Assembly: GCA_938031175.1 (NCBI GenBank)
Contig: CALHGZ010000010.1
Location: 83,508-147,507 of the forward strand
Length of the DNA: 64,000 bases
Reading direction: 5' to 3'
From: Candidatus Kapaibacterium sp.
GTDB taxonomy: Bacteria > Bacteroidota > Ignavibacteria > Kapaibacteriales > UBA2268
The notes under the pieces were generated by a model. That model was not told where the DNA came from, ran no database searches, and saw only the letters and a program-made list of their open reading frames with translations. Made by a program: the position numbers and the translations under genes. Positions 56,369 to 64,000 of this stretch are shown in pieces. Position 1 is the first letter of the stretch. Each line of letters starts with the position of its first letter.

Positions 56369-59320
56369 TTACTTCATTTTTATTATTGGTACCGATAAGA
56401 TTTGATCAAATTGGCTTATTCTCAAAAAGTAATTACCAGCAGGCAATGCTGATAATTCTTCAATAAGATTTAAGCCCGAGGAAATTGATATTGTGGCGAT
56501 TCTTACCCCAATTGAATTAAAAACAAATAACTGTGTATCTGGCTTGTTGATATTGCAGATCTCTATGTTAATATGATTTTCAAAAGGATTGGGGTATATG
56601 TTTATGCAATCAAAACTGTTTGTCATAGCAACAGAAGTTGCTTGCTCAATCGATAGAATTTCAAAATCATCAATAAGTACTTCGGTTATAGAATAAGCTG
56701 TTTGTCCTTGAACAGGGACATCTACAACAAATTTGAATTTCATTTTATCAGTTACTTTAATTAAGTCAGTTATTGGAATATCAATTTTCTCCCAATTTGC
56801 ATAGGGTTTGGTTTGACTGAAAATCAAAATCCATGTAGTTCCATCATTATTGGAAGCATATACCTCAAATTTACCAATTAATTGTATAACCACTCTCGGT
56901 ATGTTTTGCATCCAGTACCAAAAACGTAAAACTGGTTTATTCATCTTACTCAGGTCATAAGTATTGCTAATTAAAGTGGTTCTCCCGTTTGGCATAAATT
57001 GAATATAATTTTGTACGGAACCACCAGCACCGGTAACATAACAATATTGTCCGCCCGGAGTATGATTTGAACCTGTTTGTAGGACTATATTAGAGCCATA
57101 AGGTCTGAAATCAATTTCATTTGGTTTAGCTCTTTCCCACTTCCCAGTAGTAGCATTATCATTAACGTCGCCGATTGTAAATCCTGCACTTTCATCTTCA
57201 AAATTATGGAATATCTGTCTTTTATAACCTACGAGAAAAGAATAAGGTTTGAACTCACTAAATTTTGAGCTTAAAACTATCTGTTTGTTCGTAAATGGAT
57301 CTAAAGCAGTAAAATAATATTTTATTATAGTTCCTGCCGGTTGTGGTGGTATTTGTACCGTAAATTTGTTATTTCCCAGAAAAGTTGCCGGTATCATGTT
57401 TAATGTATATAAATTATCTGTTGAATATACGAGATAAACGGAGTCCAAAGTAAATTCTTCAAATGGTAAAGTAAAAAGGGTGAAATCAGTTATATATGGG
57501 TACTTAGTATTTTGTGTATCATTCAGAGGTTCATGCACAAAGGTCGTAGATAAATACAAGTCAGTTCCAATACCGTGATTATTAAAAGCATTCAAAATGT
57601 TTATTAAGTTTGGTGTACCATTAGTTAAATCGCCGTCATCATCGTCGGCAATTAGTGTTTCAAAAAACCATTCACTGAAAGCTAATCCAGTGTTAGGGTC
57701 ATCAGGTAAACCATATTTTGCAAAATGAGATAATTTTTTGACATACTCAAGCGAGGTCATCATTCTCAGATCCCAAAATGCTCCCCCAAGAATCTGACCA
57801 TCATAGTGTGATTCTCCCTTTAAACTATCGGGATAGATAATTTTGTTGTTCAAGGTTCTAATGTAGCGGTTGGGTTCGGAGGCAAAAACACCTAAACCCA
57901 TTTCAGCTTCGTCTAGTATTAAGCAAGAGTTCAAATCTGCCATTGCTTCATTGCAAGTAGCATTAATCATTCCATAAGTTGCACCAAGTTGTTGATATAG
58001 TTTTTGATTTATTCCGTGCCCATATTCATGATAAATTACTGCTGGTCCTTCAGCCATTTTAAATTGATTATTACTTAGAGCAATAAATGTGATAGATTCA
58101 CCATCCCAGAATGCATTAGCGCTTGAACCTTGAAATCTTAAGTTCACTTTAACCTGATAATCCATGCCAGTAAAATTTGGATCTATTGCTTTTATCCAAT
58201 TATGGACTTTGTTGGTGTGATAAAATAAAATTCTCTCGAATTTATGTGAATTGTTATCATCCCATTCTATATGATGCTTAACGCCTGGAGTTAATGTTCC
58301 CTGGTATTGGTTTTTTGTCATACCTTGATCATTAATAATAACTTTGCACCAAGGTCCTTGTAATGTAACATTGATATCAGTTGGTTGAGTTATATTGACT
58401 TTGACATTTCCTCTGCTATCGGTTTTTAAAGTGTCCTTGTTTACTACTATATACAAGTCTTCAAAATTATCTGTAACAAAATTATCCATTGGAGATCGTT
58501 TTTTTATACTTCCTCTTGCGTTTATTTCTGTGTAAACATTGTGTATTTTGTTATATCTCCATAAAATCTCACCATTGTGTGCATCGACAAATGTCTGATA
58601 TCGGGCTTGCTCTAAGGGTTGATGAATATCAATACTATAAACAAGATGATAGTATACATTGCCATCTTTAGCAATAGGAAGAATATAATATTTGTGTTTA
58701 GATTGAATTGTATGCTCGTTTTCAAATACTTTCAATCCTTTGGTGGCAAAATTTATAGCTTCACTGATCGAAATCTGGGGTTTAGTATCCACTTTTATAT
58801 CACTATAGTAAACAATACCCATAGCAAATACATTACCTGATTCGCTGATTCTTAATTCAATTTCCGACAACAAGACATCAATTCCTTCGTGAACTTGTAT
58901 ATAAGATACATACCATTTATTTTGAACTTTTGTCGCTCTTACAAATTTTAGATTTCTATGCTCTATCCCTAGTAATGATGCATTATCATGTAAAAACTTA
59001 TCAGCAGCCTGTTGAATATTGCTTTCATCAATATAATTGTAGCCTGTAATTTTGATAGGCTTACCAAAAGCTCTTTGGAATGTTCCTGTATGTTTGTTAA
59101 CGACTCCATTCCATAAACCATAGTTATGAACAAATTTTTGCCATTGCTCAGTATTTTTGAGATGTTTAAAATTTGATGAAAAAACCATTTTTTCGCTTTG
59201 CACTGGCAGTAATATCTCATTTCTATCATTATTCAATGCATTCGATTTGAAGATTAGGAGAAAAAAGAAAGTAAATAGAATTACTAACCAACCGTTTTTA
59301 AATTTTGATATAAGCATCAT
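56369..59320 (-). CDS. T9SS-secreted zinc metalloprotease (M4/M36 gluzincin: FTP/PepSY propeptide, catalytic, Ig-like and jelly-roll domains, T9SS CTD)
   Basis: FVDAHNGEIL (PepSY), ANAFWDG, VIYHEYGHG, NEAMAD, ESHYDG; CTD IYPNPF...LPAGNYFLRI...IIKMK. Confidence 0.88.
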   Translation of the reverse strand: MMLISKFKNGWLVILFTFFFLLIFKSNALNNDRNEILLPVQSEKMVFSSNFKHLKNTEQWQKFVHNYGLWNGVVNKHTGTFQRAFGKPIKITGYNYIDESNIQQAADKFLHDNASLLGIEHRNLKFVRATKVQNKWYVSYIQVHEGIDVLLSEIELRISESGNVFAMGIVYYSDIKVDTKPQISISEAINFATKGLKVFENEHTIQSKHKYYILPIAKDGNVYYHLVYSIDIHQPLEQARYQTFVDAHNGEILWRYNKIHNVYTEINARGSIKKRSPMDNFVTDNFEDLYIVVNKDTLKTDSRGNVKVNITQPTDINVTLQGPWCKVIINDQGMTKNQYQGTLTPGVKHHIEWDDNNSHKFERILFYHTNKVHNWIKAIDPNFTGMDYQVKVNLRFQGSSANAFWDGESITFIALSNNQFKMAEGPAVIYHEYGHGINQKLYQQLGATYGMINATCNEAMADLNSCLILDEAEMGLGVFASEPNRYIRTLNNKIIYPDSLKGESHYDGQILGGAFWDLRMMTSLEYVKKLSHFAKYGLPDDPNTGLAFSEWFFETLIADDDDGDLTNGTPNLINILNAFNNHGIGTDLYLSTTFVHEPLNDTQNTKYPYITDFTLFTLPFEEFTLDSVYLVYSTDNLYTLNMIPATFLGNNKFTVQIPPQPAGTIIKYYFTALDPFTNKQIVLSSKFSEFKPYSFLVGYKRQIFHNFEDESAGFTIGDVNDNATTGKWERAKPNEIDFRPYGSNIVLQTGSNHTPGGQYCYVTGAGGSVQNYIQFMPNGRTTLISNTYDLSKMNKPVLRFWYWMQNIPRVVIQLIGKFEVYASNNDGTTWILIFSQTKPYANWEKIDIPITDLIKVTDKMKFKFVVDVPVQGQTAYSITEVLIDDFEILSIEQATSVAMTNSFDCINIYPNPFENHINIEICNINKPDTQLFVFNSIGVRIATISISSGLNLIEELSALPAGNYFLRISQFDQILSVPIIKMK

Positions 59321-59466
59321 TTAAGTCCTTTTATAATTAATTAATAAAATCTTTTATTAAATCTTTTATTTTTTAAATAACACAGTAAATGTATAAAATG
59401 TTGCAGATGAAAGCAATTTATTTTAATTTTGAAAAATCTAAATAACATTATCAATATCGGTATTGA

Positions 59467-61695
59467 ATGACAAAATCCAAAGAGACACTATTTCAAAAAA
59501 TCAAAGCAGAACACAGTCAAGGCCTATACGAAAAAAGCGAAGGATTAAAATATTCAGCAAAAATAAGATATTTAATAATAATTTCTGTCGCAATCATAAG
59601 TTCACTTTTTTTCTGGTTTCACCTTGGATACAATTTAGAAAGGAACATTTACCAAAATTTTCTACCCGGATATATTTGGAATAATCAGACAATTAAAGCT
59701 GAATTCACTTTCCCAATTTATCGTGATAAAAGTGAAATAGAAGAAGATATAAAAAAAGCTATAAGCGAAGCGCCATTAGTTTTTACCCTGAATAAAACAG
59801 CAGAAATTGAGGCTAAAAACAAACTCGATACACTTATTGAAAAACTCAAAAGCCCCAATTTCCCTGAAACAAATGATCTATCAGCTATATTTACTGAATC
59901 AGCATTAAGATATATAAAAAGATTAAGTTATAATCAAAGAGAATATGAGATAAAACGTGTACATATTGAGCTTAATAAATTTTTATTTAAAATTTACAAT
60001 CAAGGGTTCATAAATATTTCTGTGAAGTCCATACAAAATCCAATCATAGTTGTAAAAATTCATCCTAACAGTGAAATAGCCCTCCAAACTCAGGGATTAT
60101 ATGACTCACTGTCCTATTTATCGGAAGTGAATACTGTTTTGAAAAGACGTCTCGGGGATTCTTTAATGCCTCTTGTCAGTCAGATTGCATCAAAAATTAT
60201 GTTTACAAATCTTAATTATTCTAAAATTTTAACTGAACAATCATACGAATTTATAAAATTATCTATTCCTAAAACGAAGGGAATTGTACGAAGGGGTGAA
60301 ATAATTGTCAACAAAGGAGATAAACTAACTAATGAACAAATTGAGAAACTGAAATCATATATATATTCTCAATTTATCCGCCAGGAAAGTGGATATTCTC
60401 TAACTAATTATTTGGGTAGCTTGCTTCACGCTTCACTAGTCTATCTTGTTTTGCTTTTTTATTTATTTCTTTTGAGAAAAAGAATATATTACGATAACTC
60501 TCAATTACTCATTTTAAGTTTAATTATAGTATTTGTTGCTCTTCAATCTTGGTTGACACAGCAAATTCCAACAAATTTACCAATAGAATATCTTATTTTA
60601 ATTCCATCTTTATCAATGCTTGTTGCAATTGTTTTCGATTCACGAACGGCATTTTATACAACCGTTACAATGGCATTATTAATCGCAGGCATTCGCGGTA
60701 ATGACTATGAGACTTCAACTGCTATGCTCATAGCTGGCTCATTTGCAGCTTATTCTGTAAGGGATATACAAAGTCGGACACAAATTTATTTTTCATTTGT
60801 TTTTATAGCAGTTTGTTTTGTTTTAATCATTCTTGCCTTTAGCTTAGAACGTTCAACCGAACTATCGCTTACAATTAATAGAATCATTTTTGCTTTAATT
60901 AATTCAGCAATTGCACCACTTGTAACATTTGGATTACTTTTTATTATCGAACGTACAACAAATATAGCAACTGATCTAAGGATCAAAGAGTTTGATAATT
61001 TAAATCACCCCTTACTTAATAAGCTGAGTGAAATCGCACCCGGCACTTATCAACATACTTTAACTGTGGCAATAATTGCTGAAAAATCTGCAAGAGCAAT
61101 TGGTGCAAATCCATTACTAACCAGAGTTGGAACTTATTTCCATGATATTGGCAAAATAAACAAACCTGAGTATTTCGTTGAAAATCAAATAGACTCCGAC
61201 AGTAAACATGACTTAATTTCACCAAAGAAAAGTGCAACGGCTATCAGAGAACATGTTTTAGATGGCATTGAATTAGCCCGACAATACAAATTACCACAAA
61301 GATTAATTGATTTTATACCGATGCATCACGGTACTACATTAATAAAACACTTTTATGCAAAAGCTCTTGAGGAACAAAACAAAGATGAAATTAATCAGGA
61401 AGATTACAGATATCCTGGTCCAAAGCCTAACTCTAAAGAAACTGCTATTTTAATGATTTGCGATACAGCAGAAGCTATCTCAAAAATTAGCGGTATCGAT
61501 AGAGAATCATTCGAGGATATGCTAAAAAAAATTGTTTATGATAGAATTTTGGACGGTCAATTTGACGAATGCAATATTACTATGAATGAAATATCAATTA
61601 TAATTGAAACTTGTACTAAAAATTTAATGGGAGTTACACACCAGAGAAAACCGTATAAGGAAATTCCTCCAAATGATTTGGATACCAACGATTAA
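59467..61695 (+). CDS. pgpH: 7TM-HD (HDIG) phosphohydrolase, PgpH-like c-di-AMP phosphodiesterase
   Basis: 7TM-HD extracellular domain, 7 TM helices, APGTYQH, YFHDIGK, HHGT, ILMICD. Confidence 0.85.
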   Translation: MTKSKETLFQKIKAEHSQGLYEKSEGLKYSAKIRYLIIISVAIISSLFFWFHLGYNLERNIYQNFLPGYIWNNQTIKAEFTFPIYRDKSEIEEDIKKAISEAPLVFTLNKTAEIEAKNKLDTLIEKLKSPNFPETNDLSAIFTESALRYIKRLSYNQREYEIKRVHIELNKFLFKIYNQGFINISVKSIQNPIIVVKIHPNSEIALQTQGLYDSLSYLSEVNTVLKRRLGDSLMPLVSQIASKIMFTNLNYSKILTEQSYEFIKLSIPKTKGIVRRGEIIVNKGDKLTNEQIEKLKSYIYSQFIRQESGYSLTNYLGSLLHASLVYLVLLFYLFLLRKRIYYDNSQLLILSLIIVFVALQSWLTQQIPTNLPIEYLILIPSLSMLVAIVFDSRTAFYTTVTMALLIAGIRGNDYETSTAMLIAGSFAAYSVRDIQSRTQIYFSFVFIAVCFVLIILAFSLERSTELSLTINRIIFALINSAIAPLVTFGLLFIIERTTNIATDLRIKEFDNLNHPLLNKLSEIAPGTYQHTLTVAIIAEKSARAIGANPLLTRVGTYFHDIGKINKPEYFVENQIDSDSKHDLISPKKSATAIREHVLDGIELARQYKLPQRLIDFIPMHHGTTLIKHFYAKALEEQNKDEINQEDYRYPGPKPNSKETAILMICDTAEAISKISGIDRESFEDMLKKIVYDRILDGQFDECNITMNEISIIIETCTKNLMGVTHQRKPYKEIPPNDLDTND

Positions 61696-61710
61696 AGTTA
61701 AAATTTAAAA

Positions 61711-62637
61711 ATGGAATTAAAAAAAAAATTTAATGAACATACTGAATTAATAATCTATTTAGAGCGATTCATTAATTACATAGCTTTCGAACGCGGATTA
61801 TCAGATAACACTCTTGCATCATATAAAAATGACATTATGAGGTTTATCGAATTCTTGATTCAACAGAATATAAATGATTTCACTAAAAGTGATGAAAAAA
61901 TTATTAATTCATTTTTGGTTACACTGTTTGATCTAGGTTTGAGCAATTCTTCAAGAGCACGGTATCTCTCTTCCATTAAAAGCTTCTATAAGTTTTTAAG
62001 TTATATAAATATAATTCCTAATGATATATCAGAAACAATAGAATCTCCGAAAATCAGAAGAAAGCTTCCAGAGACATTATCTTACGAAGAGATAAACAAA
62101 ATTATTGAATCCCCTGATACCAATAGTGATAAGGGAATTCGAGATAGAGCAATTCTTGAATTATTATACGCATGTGGTCTGCGAGTATCGGAATTAATAA
62201 CACTCAAATCAAGGGATTTTCTCCCTGAAATTGGAATAATTAGAGTGTTTGGCAAAGGCTCAAAAGAAAGAATAGTTCCTGTGGGTAGCTCTGCAATTAA
62301 ATGGGTCGAAAATTATAAAAAAAATGTGCGACCATTATTAGTTAACAAAATTAAGCAAACAGATATTTTATTTTTAAATAAAAGAGGAACCCCATTGACA
62401 CGTATGGCAATATGGAAGTTTATTAATTTTTACTCCAATTTAGCTGGAATTCAAAAAAAAGTGCATCCTCATATATTTCGCCATTCATTTGCTACACATT
62501 TGATTGAAGGTGGTGCTGATTTGCGGGCTGTTCAGGAAATGTTGGGGCATTCAGATATTTCTACAACTCAAATCTACACACATTTAGACAGAGATTATAT
62601 AAAAGAAGTACATAAAACATTTCACCCAAGAGCTTAA
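61711..62637 (+). CDS. xerD: Site-specific tyrosine recombinase XerD
   Basis: ERGLSDNTLASY, RDRAILELLYACGLRVSE, GKGSKER, HIFRHSFATHL, LGHSDISTTQIY. Confidence 0.92.
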   Translation: MELKKKFNEHTELIIYLERFINYIAFERGLSDNTLASYKNDIMRFIEFLIQQNINDFTKSDEKIINSFLVTLFDLGLSNSSRARYLSSIKSFYKFLSYINIIPNDISETIESPKIRRKLPETLSYEEINKIIESPDTNSDKGIRDRAILELLYACGLRVSELITLKSRDFLPEIGIIRVFGKGSKERIVPVGSSAIKWVENYKKNVRPLLVNKIKQTDILFLNKRGTPLTRMAIWKFINFYSNLAGIQKKVHPHIFRHSFATHLIEGGADLRAVQEMLGHSDISTTQIYTHLDRDYIKEVHKTFHPRA

Positions 62638-62842
62638 AAAGATAATTCTTACTATATTTGCTATGGCTTATGGTTTGTATAATTATTCAGCGGAAATGAT
62701 CTTATGAATTGATAATTTATCTTTTTAATTCCCAAAAAGTCGTAGATAAATAATATTAAATCGTCAAGATTGAATTTTTAAAGTTTAAAACATTCAATTA
62801 AAGTATTGATATATTTACATTAAAAATTTAAGAAAATTAATT

Positions 62843-63634
62843 ATGAGTTGCAGACAAATTATTTTATTAACTGATTTCGGACCTGATAATTTTTACATAT
62901 CAATGATAAAATCAGTAATTTACACAATAAAAGAAAATTGTAAAGTTATTGATTTTACTCATTCCATTGAACCTCAAAATGTCAGACAAGCTTCGTTCTT
63001 ATTAATGTCTTCCCAGCAATATTTCCCACAAAGTTCTATTTTTCTATCAATAGTAGATAGCGAAGTTGGTACTGATAGATTAATTCTTGGAATTAAAGCT
63101 AAAAATAAATATTTTGTAGCTCCTGACAATGGATTATTAAGTTTCCTAACAATTAATACCCATGACACTGAAGTATATAAATTAACAAATAGTAGCTTAC
63201 TACCAAAGTGTATCAGTTCAACTTTTCATGGCAGAGATGTATTTAGTTACTATGTTGCTTATATAGCATCAGGATTATCTTTAGATTTGTTAGGTGAACA
63301 AATCAATCCTCAAGAAATAAAAAAATTGAATTTAGAACCAAAATTCGAAAAGAATTCTATAATCGGCGAAGTTATGCACATCGACAATTATGGTAATTTA
63401 ATAACAAACATTGACAACAATTCTATTCGGGAACTTTTAGGAAATGGAAAAATAAAAATAAAAATTAAAGACTTTAAATTAGAAAATATACATCGGACTT
63501 TTTCTGATGTTAATCAAGGAGAATTACTTTCGTACATTGGTAGCTTAAATTATTTAGAAATTGCACAGAATATGGGAAATGCCGCTAAACTTCTTAATGT
63601 AAAAATCGGTGATATTGTTAAAATTTTTCTATAA
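62843..63634 (+). CDS. SAM-dependent chlorinase/fluorinase superfamily protein (SAM hydrolase, DUF62 type)
   Basis: LTDFG, VDSEVGTDR, APDNGLL, STFHGRDVF, HIDNYGNL. Confidence 0.88.
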   Translation: MSCRQIILLTDFGPDNFYISMIKSVIYTIKENCKVIDFTHSIEPQNVRQASFLLMSSQQYFPQSSIFLSIVDSEVGTDRLILGIKAKNKYFVAPDNGLLSFLTINTHDTEVYKLTNSSLLPKCISSTFHGRDVFSYYVAYIASGLSLDLLGEQINPQEIKKLNLEPKFEKNSIIGEVMHIDNYGNLITNIDNNSIRELLGNGKIKIKIKDFKLENIHRTFSDVNQGELLSYIGSLNYLEIAQNMGNAAKLLNVKIGDIVKIFL

Positions 63635-63765
63635 CTTTTCAATTCATTAAAAACTTTTGCTTGGATTAGGTTATATTTTTTATCATCATTATAGCCACAT
63701 AAAAATACATATTTGACTCAACTATAGATACATATAAATTTAAATTACTTGTACTTATTTTTAAT

Positions 63766-63797
63766 AAAAAAAGGAGCTTTGCACATACCAAAGCTCC
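63766..63797 (-). terminator. Intrinsic terminator of hppA
   Basis: GGAGCTTTG-CACATAC-CAAAGCTCC stem-loop with a 7-U tract on the minus strand. Confidence 0.85.
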
Positions 63798-63821
63798 CAA
63801 TTTTAATAGATTAAAAAATTA

Positions 63822-64000
63822 TTAAGCGGATAATAAGGATGCCAAAATTAAAGAGACAATAGACATTAATTTTATCAATATATTTAATGAAGGACCTGAA
63901 GTATCTTTGAAAGGATCTCCAACCGTATCACCAGTTACTGCTGATTTATGAGGTTCAGAACCTTTGTAATATTTTTTACCATCAATTTCGACGCCAGCTT
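63822..64000 (-). CDS. hppA: Membrane-bound H+/Na+-translocating pyrophosphatase, C-terminal fragment
   Basis: Manual translation [58 protein letters not shown] contains the diagnostic [10 protein letters not shown]. Confidence 0.93.
   Translation of the reverse strand, partial: AGVEIDGKKYYKGSEPHKSAVTGDTVGDPFKDTSGPSLNILIKLMSIVSLILASLLSA

Noticed and set aside
59341-59360. Palindrome TTAATAAAA-TC-TTTTATTAA upstream of the protease gene
   Set aside because: The arms are pure A/T in an extremely AT-rich intergenic region, so it is likely chance.
926-63168. Numerous 60-143 aa ORFs antisense to or nested in larger genes (e.g. 926, 3029, 14718, 41702, 45448, 58969)
   Set aside because: These are shadow ORFs overlapping well-supported genes, with no recognisable motifs.
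62843-63634. Fluorinase or chlorinase (halogenase) activity
   Set aside because: The Asp-Arg-His residues typical of DUF62 SAM hydrolases are present (VDSEVGTDR, TFH), and no halometabolite genes are nearby.
1-64000. CRISPR arrays, IS elements, prophage genes, selenocysteine recoding
   Set aside because: I saw no regularly spaced nucleotide repeats, transposases or phage genes, and arrA is a continuous ORF with a Cys ligand and no in-frame TGA.

Overview
Chromosomal window, about 30% GC by eye, from a Bacteroidota/Chlorobi-group bacterium, probably Candidatus Kapabacteria or an Ignavibacteria relative. This assignment is inferred from type IX secretion (T9SS) C-terminal sorting domains, TAnnTTTG -7 promoter elements, a primary sigma-70 lacking region 1.1, and a homodimeric-type GlyRS. 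Most genes are housekeeping (ppx, prmA, kdsC, pyrC, rnhB, folE, queD, lptD, pspA, recR, hisS, RSH, tRNA-Glu, lipA, rpoD, glyS, uvrA, xerD, hppA), mixed with envelope and T9SS cargo genes. No CRISPR array, prophage or IS element was seen. The stand-out system is a three-gene respiratory arsenate reductase operon (arrA-arrB-arrD, 46476-50789). Its catalytic molybdoenzyme ArrA keeps the Tat signal and the arsenate-binding residues but is fused to a C-terminal T9SS sorting domain. No membrane anchor, ars gene or regulator lies nearby, which suggests a Tat-then-T9SS-exported, surface-displayed arsenate reductase. Secondary highlights: a lipoprotein gene bracketed by a perfect 15-bp inverted repeat (possible invertible switch or RNA fold-back); an ECF anti-sigma candidate fused to an outer-membrane beta-barrel; and a long RelA/SpoT protein with a RelA-like dead hydrolase domain. 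Family assignments come from motif recognition by eye, and no database searches were run.
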